A stretch of 64,000 nucleotides of DNA from Pristiophorus japonicus (taxonomy: Eukaryota). The notes under the pieces are model-generated. The model worked only from the letters and a program-made list of their open reading frames with translations, did not search any database and had not been told where the DNA came from. Every line of letters starts with the position of its first letter. Within the stretch, counting starts at the first letter, position 1. Below are positions 26,639 through 38,900 of this stretch, piece after piece. The DNA lies in the NCBI RefSeq assembly GCF_044704955.1, contig NW_027252691.1, forward strand, positions 186,001-250,000. Direction: 5' to 3'. Position numbers and translations under genes: made by a program.

Positions 26639-27255
26639 GGGTCAGGAACTCGGGGTCGGGGGGGCAAGGTCAGGAACTCGGGGTCGGGGGGTAAGGTCAG
26701 GAACTCGGGGTCGGGGGAGAAGGTCAGGAACTCGGGGTCGGGGGGTAAGGTCAGGAACTCAGGGTCGTGGGGGTAAGGTCAGGAACTCGGGGTCGGGGGA
26801 GAAGGTCAGGGACTCGGGGTCGGGGGGTAAGGTCAGGAACTCGGGGTCGGGGGAGAAGGTCAGGAACTCGGGGTCGGGGGGTAAGGTCAGGAACTCGGGG
26901 TCGGGGGGGTAAGGTCAGGAACTCGGGGTCGGGGGGGTAAGGTCAGGAACTCGGGGTCAGGGGTTTAAGGTCAGGAACTCGGGGTCGGGGGGTAAGATCA
27001 GGAACTCGGGGTCGGGGGGTAAGGTCAGGAACTCGGGGTCGGGGGGTAAGGTCAGGAACTCGGGGTCGGGGGGTAAGGTCAGGAACTCAGGGGGCGGGGG
27101 GTAAGGTCAGGAACTCAGGGTCGGGGGGTAAGGTCAGGAACTCGGGGTCGGGGGGTAAGGTCAGGAACTCGGGGTCGGGGGGTAAGCTCAGGAACTCGGG
27201 GTCGGGGGGTAAGGTCAGGAACTCAGGGGGCGGGGGGCCAGGTCAGGAACTCGGG
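26639..27255. repeat. 27 bp G-rich minisatellite AAGGTCAGGAACTCGGGGTCGGGGGGT (about 23 copies), preceded by a G/A-rich tract from about 26465
   Basis: Direct tandem copies. Confidence 0.97.
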
Positions 27256-27441
27256 GAACCCACACAGCCAGCTTGCCGGATTCTCGATACAGAAAGTGCC
27301 CAGTCTGGGGTGTGTTGAATGGCCCACGCTGCCCCTTAAAGGGGCCGGGCAGAGCCAAACGAGACTAGAGAGAATATGGATTGTGTGTTGGTCCCACAAC
27401 ATGATAACATTATATTAAGGTAATCGACTCGTCCAAAGTTC

Positions 27442-27512
27442 TCATGGCCAGCCTCCCATCTTCCAGCCTCAATCAACGTGAGCTCATCCAAAACTCTGCT
27501 GCAGGTCTTATC
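27442..27512 (+). mobile_element. L2 LINE 3' fragment (left part; resumes at about 33320-33385)
   Basis: GGCCAGCCTCCCATCTTCC...GAGCTCATCCAAAACTCTGCTGC encodes the L2 LQLIQNSAA-type motif; downstream part CCCATT..TGTGCTC.TGACCTA..CTG.CTCCCG (PITPVL.LHWLP-type) lies after the array. Confidence 0.7.
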
Positions 27513-28340
27513 CCATTGCCCCTGGACCTTCCCCCATTGCCCCTGGACCTTCTCCCATTGCCCCTGGATCTTCCCCCATTGCCCTTGGACCTCCCACCAT
27601 TGCCCCTGGACCTTCCCCCATTGCCCCTTGACCTTCCCCCATTGCCCCTGGATCTTCTCCCATTGCCCCTGGACCTTCCCCCATTGCCCCTGGATCTTCC
27701 CCCATTGCCCCTGGACATTCTCCCATTGCCCCTGGATCTTCCCCTATTGCCCTTGGACCTCCCGCCATTGCCCCTGGACCTTCCCCCATTGCCCCTTGAT
27801 CTTCCCCCATTGCCCCTGGATCTTCTCCCATTGCCCCTGGACCTTTCCCCATTGCCCCTGGACCTTCCCCCATTGCCCTTGGACCTCCCGCCATTGCCCC
27901 TGGACCTTCCCCCATTGCCCCTGGATCTTCTCCCATTGCCCCTGGACCTTCCCCCATTGCCCCTGGATCTTCTCCCATTGCCACTGGACCTTCCCCCATT
28001 GCCCCTGGATCTTCTCCCATTGCCCCTGGACCTTCCCCCATTGCCCTTGGACCTTCCTCCATTGCCCCTGGACCTTCCCCCATTGCCCCTGGACCTTCCC
28101 CATTGCCCTTTGACCTCCCGCCATTGCCCCTGGACCTGCCCCATTGCCCCTGGACCTTCCCCCTTTGCCCCTGGACCTTCCCCCATTGCCCCTGGAACTT
28201 CTCCCATTACCCCTGGACCTTCTCCCATTGCCCCTGGACCTGCCCCATTGCCCCTGGACCTTCCCCCTTTGCCCCTGGACCTTCCCCCATTACCCCTGGA
28301 CCTTCTCCCATTGCCCCTGGACCTTCCTCCATTGCCCCTG
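27511..28340. repeat. 21 bp minisatellite CCCATTGCCCCTGGACCTTCC (about 39 copies)
   Basis: Direct tandem copies; array resumes at 33254. Confidence 0.98.
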
Positions 28341-29024
28341 GAGTGCAGCAGCATAGAATGGCATTCGTGAGTTTGGTAAGTGGGTGAGTTTTAAGGGTTA
28401 TTCTCTTTAAACCATTTGGAGGCTGGAGTAAATTGTTAGTGCCAATTGCCAGCAGCTTCTAAGTAAGTAGCAGTTTAATTTAAAAGGGAAAAGTTAAATA
28501 GTTGGGGATCTTTCAGGGTTAGGCAGAGAAAAACAAGGTAACTCTCCAGTAGGAGGCAATTAGCAGCTAGTTAAAACCAGTTCTGTAAACGACTGACCAG
28601 TAGTGAGTCATCTGACCTAGATACAGTTTAAAAAGAGGCAGCTCATGCAGAGCACAGAGTGCAGCAGCATAGAGTGGCATTCGTGAGTTTGGTAAGTGGG
28701 TGAGTTTTAAGAGAAAGTGGGGGTGGCAGGTGCTGTTTTGTCTTATTTTTCCTACCAATGCTGACACTAGAGCAGCTGATAAAGAGTGCGAGAGTAGGAG
28801 ACGGAGGCCCAGAGACCAACCCAACCAACTGCAGACAAAGATAGAGGGGTGAGAAATCAAGAGGTGACATCACAGCCAAGCTGGTAAGTGGTTGGCTGTT
28901 CGACTGGTAAGTATAACTCTCTTTTAGACTGACATTTAGATTGGTTTAATTGGCAGCGAACTACTAAGTAGACGTTTGGTATTTAAGTAAATTTTAGTAA
29001 GTAAATTAATTTAAGGGTTAAGTC

Positions 29025-29958
29025 ATGGCAGGAGAGCTCGGACCCATGTCATGCTCCTCCTGTGCTATGTGGGATATCAGGGACACTTCCAGTGTCCCTG
29101 ACTACTATGTGTGCTGGAAGTGTGTTCAGCTGCAGCTCCTGACAGACAGCATGACGGCACTGGAGCTGCGGATGGACTCACTCTGGAGCATGCGCGATGC
29201 TGAGAATGTTGTGGATAGCACATTTAGTGAGTTGGTCACACCGCAGGTAAGGGTTAGGACAGATAGTGAATGGGTGACCAAGAGACAAGGCAAGAGCAGG
29301 AAGGTAGTGCAGGAGTCCCCTGCGGTCATCTTCCTCCAAAACAGATATACCGTTTTGGATACTGTTGGGGGAGATGACTTACCAGGGGAAGGCACCAGCA
29401 GCCAGGTTCATGGCACTGTGGGTGGCTCTGCTGCACAGAAGGGCAGGAAAAAGAGTGGGAGAGCGATAGTGATAGGGGACTCTATTGTAAGGGGAATAGA
29501 TAGGAGTTTCTGCGGCCACAGCCGAGACTCCAGGATGGTATGTTGCCTCCCTGGTGCAAGGATGTCTCGGAGCGGCTGCAGAGCATTCTGGAGAGGGAGG
29601 GTGAACAGCCAGTTGTCGTGGTACACGTAGGTACCAATGATATTGGTAAGAAGCGGGAAGAGGTCCTACAAGCTGAATTTAGGGAGCTAGGAGTTAAATT
29701 AAAAAGGACCTCAAAGGTAGTAATCTCTGGATTGCTACCAGTCCCACGTGCTAATCAGAGTAGAGGGAGCAGGATAGTTAGAATAAATACGTGGCTTGAG
29801 CAGTGGTGCAAGAGGGAGGGATTCAAATTCCTGGGACATTGGAACCAGTTCTGGGGAAGTGGGACCTGTACAAAAGGGACGGTCTGTACTTGGGCAGGAC
29901 TGGAACTGATGTCCTCGGGGTAACATTTGCTAATGCAGTTCGGGAGTGTTTAAACTAA
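29025..29958 (+). pseudogene. CR1 ORF1 (zinc finger/leucine zipper plus SGNH esterase), frameshifted
   Basis: CSSCAMW...CWKCVQL, IVIGDSIVRG, CLPGA, HVGTND. Confidence 0.9.
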
Positions 29959-32900
29959 TATGGCAGGGGGATGGGAACCTATGCAGCGAGACAGGGCGAA
30001 GTAATATGGAGTCAGAAACAGATGGTAGAAAGGTAAAAAGCAATAGTGGAAGGCCGAGTAAACAAAGGCAAGAAACAAAAAGGGCCACACTACATCATAA
30101 TTCTAAAAGGACAAAGGGTGTTAAAAAAACAAGCCTGAAGGCTTTGTGTCTTAATGCAAGGAGTAATCTGTAATTAGGTGGATGAATTAACTGTGCAAAT
30201 AGATGTTAACAGATATGATGTGATTGGGATTACAGAGACGTGGCTCCAGGATGATCAGGGCTGGCAACTCAACATCCAAGGTTATTCAACATTCAGGAAG
30301 GATAGAATAAAAGGAAAAGGAGATGGGGTAGCATTGCTGGTTAAAGAGGAGATTAATGCAATAGTTCGGAAGGACATTAGCTTGGATGATGTGGAATCTA
30401 TATGGGTAGAGCTGCAGAACACCAAAGGGCAAAAAACATTAGTGGGAGTTGTGTACAGACCTCCAAACAGTAGTAGTGATGTTGGGGACAGCATCAAACA
30501 GGAAATTAGGGATGCATGCAATAAAGGTGCAGCAGTTATCATGAGTGACTTTAATATGCATATAGATTGGGCTAACCAAACTGGAAGCAATACGGTGGAG
30601 AAGGATTTCCTGGAGTGCATAAGGGATAGTTTTCTAGACCAATATGTCGAGGAACCAAGTAGGGGGGAGGCCATCTTAGACTGGGTGTTGTGTAATGAGA
30701 GAAGATTAATTAACAATCTCGTTGTGCGAGGCCCCTTGGGGAAGAGTGACCATAATATGGTGGAATTCTACATTAGGATGGAGAATGAAACAGTTAATTC
30801 AGAGACCATGGTCCAGAACTTAAAGAAGGGTAACTTTGAAGGTATGAGGCATGAATTGACTAGGATAGATTAGTAAATGATACTTAAGGGGTTGACAGTG
30901 GATGGGCAATGGCAGACATTTAGAGACCGCATGGATGAACTACAACAATTGTACATTCCTGTCTGGCGTAAAAATAAAAAAAGGAAGGTGGCTCAACCGT
31001 GGCTATCAAGGGAAATCAGGGATAGTATTAAAGCCAAGGAAGTGGCATACAAATTGGCCAGAAATAGCAGCGAACCTGGGGACTGGGAGAAATTTAGAAC
31101 TCAGCAGAGGAGGATAAAGGGATTGATTAGGGCAGGGAAAATAGAGTACGAGAGGACGCTTGCAGGGAACATTAAGACGGACTGCAAAAGCTTCTATAGA
31201 TATGTAAAGAGAAAAAGGTTAGTAAAGACAAACGTAGAAACATAGAAACATAGAAAATAGGTGCAGGAGCAGGCCATTCGGCCCTTCTAGCCTGCACCGC
31301 CATTCAATGAGTTCATGGCTGAACATGAAACTTCAGTACCCTCTTCCTGCTTTCTCACCATACCCCTTGATCCTCCGAGTAGTAAGGACTTCATCTAACT
31401 CCCTTTTGAATATATTTAGTGAATTGGCCTCAACTACTTTCTGTGGTAGTTCCCCTGCAGTCAGAATCAGGGGAAGTCATAACGGGGAACAGAGAAATGG
31501 CGGACCAATTGAACAAGTACTTTGGTTCGGTATTCACTAAGGAGGACACAAACAACCTTCCGGATATAAAAGGGGTTAGAGGGTCTAGTAAGAAGGAGGA
31601 ACTGAGGGAAATCCTTATTAGTCGGGAAATTGTGTTGGGAAAATTGATGGGATTGAAGGCTGAAAAATTCCCAGGGCCTGATGGACTGCATCCCAGAGTA
31701 CTTAAGAAGGTGGCCTTTGAAATAGTGGCTGCATTGACAGTCATTTTCTAACATTCCATAGACTCTGGATGAGTTCCTATCGAATGGAGGGTAGCCAATG
31801 TAACCCCACTTTTTAAAAATGGAGGGAGAGAGAAAACAGGGAATTATAGACCGGTCAGCCTGACATCGGTAGTGGGTAAAATGATGGAATCAATTATTAA
31901 GGATGTCATAACAGCGCATTTGGAAAGAGGTGACATGATAGGTCCAAGTCAGCATGGATTTGTGAAAGGGAAATCATGCTTGACAAATCTTCTGGAATTT
32001 TTTGAGGATGTTTCCAGTAGAGTGGACAAGGGAGAACCAGTTGATGTGGTGTATTTGGACTTTCAGAAGGCTTTCGATAAGGTCCCACACAAGAGATTAA
32101 TGTGCAAAGTTAAAGCACATGGGATTGGGGGTAGTGTGCTGACGTGGATTGAGAACTGATTGTCAGACAGGAAGCAAAGAGTAGGAGTAAATGGGTACTT
32201 TTCAGAATGGCAGGCAGTGACTAGTGGGGTACAGCAAGGTTCTGTGCTGGGGCCCCAGCTGTTTACATTGTACATTAATGATTTAGAAGAGGGGATTAAA
32301 TGTAGTATCTCCAAATTTGCGGATGACACTAAGTTGTGTGGCAGTGTGAGCTGCGAGGAGGATGCTATGAGGCTGCAGAGTGACTTGGATAGGTTAGGTG
32401 AGTGGGCAAATGCATGGCAGATGAAGTATAATGTAGATAAATGTGAGGTTATCCACTTTGGTGGTAAAAACAGAGAGACAGACTATTATTTCAATGGTGA
32501 CAGATTAGGAAAAGGGGAGGTGCAATGAGACCTGGGTGTCATGGTACATCAGTCATTGAAGGTTGGCATGCAGGTACAGCAGGTGGTTAAGAAAGCAAAT
32601 GGCATGTTGGCCTTCATAGCGAGAGGATTTGAGTATAGGAGCAGGGAGGTGTTACTACGGTTGTACAGGGCCTTGGTGAGGCCACACCTGGAGTATTGTG
32701 TACAGTTTTGGTCTCCTAACTTGAGGAAGGGCATTCTTGCTATTGAGGGAGTGCAGCGAAGGTTCACCAGACTGATTCCTGGGATGGCGGTACTGACATA
32801 TCAAGAAAGACTGGATCAACTGGGCTTGTATTCACTGGAGTTCAGAAGAATGAGAGGGGACCTCATAGAAACGTTTAAAATTCTGACGGGTTTAGACGGG

Positions 32901-33152
32901 TTAGATGGAGGAAGAATGTTCCCAATGTTGGGGAAGTCCAGAACCAGGGGTCACAGTCTAAGGATAAGGGGTAAGCCATTTAGGACCGAGATGAGGAGAA
33001 ACTTCTTCACCCAGAGAGTGGTGAACCTGTGGAATTCTCTACCACAGAAAGTTGTTGAGGCCAATTCACTAAATATATTCAAAAAGGAGTTAGATGAAGT
33101 CTTTACTACTCGGGGGATCAAGGGGTATGGCGAGAAAACAGGAATGGGGTAA
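29959..33152 (+). pseudogene. CR1 ORF2 (APE endonuclease plus reverse transcriptase), multiple stops
   Basis: CLNARS, GITETW, SDH, YLDFQKAFD, QGSVLGP, FADD in consecutive ORF pieces. Confidence 0.93.
31237..31449 (-). mobile_element. Short inverted CR1 3' end nested in CR1 ORF2
   Basis: Begins (GAAACATA)n AAATAGGTGCAGG; splits host KTNV|GPLQSES; GTAG on both sides. Confidence 0.92.
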
Positions 33153-33253
33153 TGAAGTTGCATGTTCAGCCATGAACTCATTGAATGGCGGTGCAGGCTC
33201 GAAGGGCTGAATGGCCTACTCCTGCACCTATTTTCTATGTTTCTATGTTTCTA

Positions 33254-33330
33254 TTCCCCCATTGCCCCTGGACCTTCCCCCATTGCCCCTGGACCTTCCC
33301 CCATTGCCCCTGGTCCTTCCCCCATTGCCT
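33254..33330. repeat. Remainder of 21 bp minisatellite
   Basis: 3-4 further copies grading into L2-like sequence. Confidence 0.9.
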
Positions 33331-33731
33331 TTGTGCTCCTGGACCTAGACTGTCTCCCGATCCACCATCAACATTCCTCCTAAGCTGGGCAACTGTCTGA
33401 GAGTCCCGAGCCGGGAGCTTACCGGCTTTTCAATGGGAGATATTGTGCACCTGTAAAGTTTTGAATGGGCCGCACAGCCCGATATTAAAATTCCCATCCC
33501 CATGTTACATCCTGTGGCCTCACCCCTTCCTATCTGACCCTGACAGTGTGAGCGCTGGGTGAACTCCTAACCCGAGAGTCTGAGCCCTGTTTGTCCTCTG
33601 AAAGCTGTCGATTTAACACTGTGAGCTTTGATAGGAGCCTGGCTCTCACAAACAATGGATCAAATTACACATTCCAGACAAACGTTGTCCTCTAAAGGGA
33701 ACAATCAGAAATCTGTTCTTCTCCACTATTT

Positions 33732-34191
33732 CACTGTGACTCAGTGGGTAGCACACTCATCTTGAGTCAGAAGGTTGTGGGTTCAAATCCCACCCTAGAC
33801 ACTTAAGCACATAAATCTAGGCTGACATTCCAGTGCAGTGCTGAGGGAGCCGTGCACTTTCGGAGGTACCGTCTTTCGGATGAGACGTTAACTCAAGGCC
33901 TCGTCTGCTCTCCCAAGTGGACGTAAAAGATCCCATGGCACTACTTTGAAGAAGAGCAGGGGAGTTATCCCCGGTGTCCTGGCCAATATTTAACCCTCAA
34001 TCAACATAAGAAAAACAGTTTATCTGATCATTATCATATTGCTGTTTGTGGGAGCTTGCTGTGCTCAAATTGGCTGCTGCCTTTCCCACAATACAACAGT
34101 GACTACATGCCAAAAATACTTCATTGGCTGTAAAGCACTTTGGGATGTCCGGTGGTTGTGGAAGGTGCTATATAAATTCAAGTCTTTCTTT
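33732..34191 (+). mobile_element. tRNA-derived Deu-domain SINE (SacSINE1-like)
   Basis: A box TGACTCAGTGG, B box GGTTCAAATCC, core GTCTTTCGGATGAGACGTTAA / AAAGATCCCATGGCACT / GTGTCCTGGCCAATATT, L2-type tail; AGGGAAC(C)AATCAGAAAT repeated on both flanks. Confidence 0.85.
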
Positions 34192-34464
34192 CCAGGGAAC
34201 CAATCAGAAATTTGGTGTTGCAAATAGAGACAACCTTAAAAATTGGGCGAGGGTGAGTTTGGGAGGTGAGTTCTAAATGATGGGATTTGTGGAAAGCAAC
34301 TTGCTTACAACTGATCGACAGCTTTAGAACATCGACAGCCATCCATCATCCAGTTATAAACAGGTGATGTGACTAACCTGGGTGGGTGGTGCCCACAATA
34401 GCTGACAGTGCATATTATGTAGTGGGAGATCACAGAAATGGATAGGGTCCATATAATGACAGAG

Positions 34465-35927
34465 TGTTGCAGAATTTACCAATATCTCGCAAAGATTCCA
34501 GGTACCTTTCCCCTACAGAGGAGAAGAATTCCTTTCTGGACTTTTAAAATGAGTTTAAAGGGGCAGACGAAGCCTGCGGGGGATAAAAGGGGATGCATTC
34601 ATGGAGACCCCCCCCCCCCAGTGTTTGGACTCATGGGAAAGGGAATTCAAAATGGACCTAAATTACAGAAGCTTGAGATCCCCTAAACATCTGTGGAAAG
34701 GAGCATATCAATTTTAAGATTCCACAACATTTTGGCTGCGAAAAAGAGTTACCGAATACAGGAGGTGGGGCTAACCTCTGTGAAGCAACTTCGTGTATTA
34801 AGGATCCCAGACTGTCTGGGGGAACTATTCACCCCCTAAGAGATAATCAAATTACCCAATCAAGCACAATGGAAATCATGGTCAGGAAACTGGACAATCC
34901 TAAAACAATGCAAACCCAGTGATAGCACATTCTCACACCCTAATCGAGTTACTGCTGACAAAGGAGACATTTGAAAATTAATGGATAGAACAGTTTAAAC
35001 AGAGCCCAAGAGATTTGATGGGAGATAACGGAGCCTTTTTTTGGGGATATATCTATCCCCAGTTTTACAAGGAAAAACTAACAGAACACAGACAGGAACT
35101 TACACAACTCGAACAGAACACAGACTGGAACACAGACACAGACACAAGCAGCCTGCTTCCTCTACAGTGAAGAAATGGAATAGTGAAGGAAACTACCAGA
35201 ACTCATCAAGAACTGACCGAGCACGAGGCCCACGAAATGGAAGGCTGTCAGCAACCAAATTGACAACCGCTCTACAATCTACTTCTGCACGACCCAACGG
35301 GGCAGAAATTACCAAAAGGGACTAACTAAAACTATTCCCAACCAAAGAAAGTGGGTACTTACCCCCTACATCCAAAACGCAACTTACCGCATCAACGGAT
35401 GCACCCCAACCGAAGACTACGTAGTCCGAAGTCCTCTCCTCCGACCGGGGTACAGCTCACCTCGAAGGCCAAGTGCAGCGAACACCGAAACCGCGATTCA
35501 CCAGCAACTGTCTAAAGGGATTGGTGAGCATAGCCCCTGAACCCTCAGAGCTATAACTTAGTTAGTTAGGGGAATTGGGAGGGGGGAGGCTGGGATAACT
35601 TGTGTAAATGTATCTGCATTCTCCTCTTTACCCCATTTACAGTTTAAGCTGTATTCAATTCCCCACAGCTGTAATTTGACATTTTATTTAATGTGTTGTA
35701 CCCCTCAGTGTGTATTGGTCTGTGTGTGTTATTAAAGGTGTGCCTTTTACTTCTTTTTAAACACAATAAAGCCATACCTGCTTCCTACCTTGAAACCAAT
35801 TGTCTGTCCAAGTCTGTCACAGTCCCTTCATAATTCCAGTGTCGGGAAACAAGGGTGTGGGAGCGATTCGGAACCACTCATATAAGGTCAGAAGGGAAAG
35901 CTGACCCCCTGAAAACCACCCCTGACA
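34465..35927 (+). mobile_element. Probable solo LTR (left boundary uncertain, 34216 or 34465)
   Basis: Non-coding, AATAAA at about 35765, ends CCCCTGACA; TGTTGCA candidate starts; no partner LTR, PBS or clean TSD. Confidence 0.4.
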
Positions 35928-38900
35928 GTGTACACAATCTGTGGGAGGTGATTAAATGGGTGGTAATCTCAGGACAGTGTAGTGTGTACAGGGGCTGTGA
36001 GAGGTGATTAAATGGGTGGTAATCCCAGGACAGTGTAGTGTGTACATGGGCTGTGGGAGGTGATTAAATGGGTGGTAATCCCAGGACAGGGTACTGTGTA
36101 CACGGGCTGTGGGAGGTGATTAAATGGGTGGTAATCCCAGGACAGTGTAGTGTGTACAGGGGCTGTGGGAGGTGATTAAATGGGTGGTAATCCCAGGACA
36201 GTGTACTGTGTACAGGGGCTGTGGGAGGTGATTAAATGGGTGGTAAACCCAGGACAGTGTAGTGTGTACAGGGGCTGTGGGAGGTGATTAAATGGGTGGT
36301 AATCCCAGGGTAGGGTACTGTGTACAGGGGCTGTGGGAGGTGATTAAATGGGTGGTAATCCCAGGACAGTGTAGTGTGTACAGGGGCTGTGGGAGGTGAT
36401 TAAATGGGTGGTAATCCCAGGACAGTGTAGTTTATACAGGGGCTGTGGGAGGTGATTAAATGGGTGGTAAACCCAGGACAGTGTAGTGTGTACAGGGGCT
36501 GTGGGAGGTGATTAAATGGGTGGTAATCCCAGGACAGTGTAGTGTGTACAGGGGCTGTGGGAGGTGATTAAATGGGTAGTAATCCCAGGACAGTGTAGTG
36601 TGTACATGTGCTGTGGGAGGTGATTAAATGGGTGGTAATCCCAGGACAGTGTACTGTGTACAGGGGCTGTGGGAGGTGATTAAATGGGTGGTAATCCCAG
36701 GACAGTGTAGTGTGTACATGTGCTGTGGGAGGTGATTAAATGGGTGGTAATCCCAGGACAGTGTACTGTGTACAGGGGCTGTGGGAGGTGATTAAATGGG
36801 TGGTAATCCCAGGACAGTGTAGTGTGTACATGTGCTGTGGGAGGTGATTAAATGGGTGGTAATCCCAGGACAGTGTACTGTGTACACGGGCTGTGGGAGG
36901 TGATTAAATGGGTGGTAATCCCAGGACAGTGTAGTGTGTACAGGGGCTGTGGGAGGTGATAAAATGGGTGGTAATCCCAGGACAGTGTACTGTGTACAGG
37001 GGCTGTGGGAGGTGATTAAATGGGTGGTTATCCCAGGACAGTATACTGTGTATAGGGGCTGTGGGAGGTGATTATATGCGTTGTAATCCCAGGACAGTGT
37101 ACTGTGTACACGGGCTGTGGGAGGTGATTAAATGGGTGGTAATCCCAGGACAGTGTAGTGTGTACAGGGGCTGTGGGATGTGATTAAATGGGTGGTAATC
37201 CCAGGACAGTGTACTGTGTACAGGGGCTGTGGGAGGTGATTAAATGGGTGGTAATCCCAGGACAGTATACTGTGTACAGGGGCTGTGGGAGGTGATTAAA
37301 TGCGTGGTAATCCCAGGACAGTGTAGTGTGTACAGGGGCTGTGGGAGGTGATTAAATGGGTGGTAATCCCAGGACAGTGTAGTGTGTACAGGGGCTGTGG
37401 GAGGTGATTAAATGGGTGGTAATCCCAGGACAGTGTAGTGTGTACACGGGCTGTGGGAGGTGATTAAATGGGTGGTAATCCCAGGACAGTGTAGTGTGTA
37501 CACGGACTGTGTGAGGTGATTAAATGGGTGGTAATCCCAGGACAGTGTAGTGTGTACAGGGGCTGTGGGAGGTGATTAAATGGGTGGTAATCCCAGGACA
37601 GTGCAGTGTGTACCGGGCTGTGGGAGGTGATTAAATGGGTGGTAATCCCAGGACAGTGTAGTGTGTACACGGGCTGTGGGAGGTGATTAAATGGGTGGTA
37701 ATCCCAGGGTAGTGTACTGTGTACACGGGCTGTGGGAGGTGATTAAATGGGTGGTAATCCCAGGACAGTGTACTGTGTACAGGGGCTGTGGGAGGTGATT
37801 AAATGGATGGTAATCCCAGCACAGTGTAGTGTGTACAGGGGCTGTGGGAGGTGATTAAATGGGTGGTAATCCCAGGACAGTGTAGTGTGTACAGGGGCTG
37901 TGGGAGGTGATTAAATGGGTGGTAATCCCAGGACAGTGTAGTTTATACAGGGGCTGTGGGAGGTGATTAAATGGGTGGTAAACCCAGGACAGTGTAGTGT
38001 GTACAGGGGCTGTGGGAGGTGATTAAATGGGTGGTAATCCCAGGACAGTGTAGTGTGTACAGGGGCTGTGGGAGGTGATTAAATGGGTAGTAATCCCAGG
38101 ACAGTGTAGTGTGTTCATGTGCTGTGGGAGATGATTAAATGGGTGGTAATCCCAGGACAGTGTACTGTGTACAGGGGCTGTGGGAGGTGATTAAATGGGT
38201 GGTAAACCCAGGACAGTGTAGTGTGTACAGGGGCTGTGGGATGTGATTAAATGGGTGGTAATCCCAGGACAGTGTAGTGTGTACATGTGCTGTGGGAGGT
38301 GATTAAATGGGTGGTAATCCCAGGACAGTGTACTGTGTACAGGGGCTGTGGGAGGTGATTAAATGGGTGGTAATCCCAGGACAGTGTAGTGTGTACATGT
38401 GCTGTGGGAGGTGATTAAATGGGTGGTAATCCCAGGACAGTGTACTGTGTACACGGGCTGTGGGAGGTGATTAAATGGGTGGTAATCCCAGGACAGTGTA
38501 GTGTGTACAGGGGCTGTGGGAGGTGATAAAATGGGTGGTAATCCCAGGACAGTGTACTGTGTACAGGGGCTGTGGGAGGTGATTAAATGGGTGGTTATCC
38601 CAGGACAGTATACTGTGTACAGGGGCTGTGGGAGGTGATTATATGCGTTGTAATCCCAGGACAGTGTACTGTGTACACGGGCTGTGGGAGGTGATTAAAT
38701 GGGTGGTAATCCCAGGACAGTGTAGTGTGTACAGGGGCTGTGGGATGTGATCAAATGGGTGGTAATCCCAGGACAGTGTACTGTGTACAGGGGCTGTGGG
38801 AGGTGATTAAATGGGTGGTAATCCCAGGACAGTATACTGTGTACAGGGGCTGTGGGAGGTGATTAAATGCGTGGTAATCCCAGGACAGTGTAGTGTGTAC

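Larger units (their letters stand above)
28341..33253 (+). mobile_element. Near full-length CR1 LINE inserted in the 21 bp array
   Basis: About 680 bp 5' UTR, ORF1, ORF2, 3' UTR and TTTCTATG tail; 21 bp repeat on both sides. Confidence 0.97.

Noticed and set aside
27444-28387. 308 aa PLDLPPL and collagen-like GPGAMGE ORFs
   Set aside because: All frames on both strands are open because the unit is 21 bp without stops; no gene structure.
33732-33800. tRNA gene
   Set aside because: A/B boxes belong to the SINE head; no complete cloverleaf.
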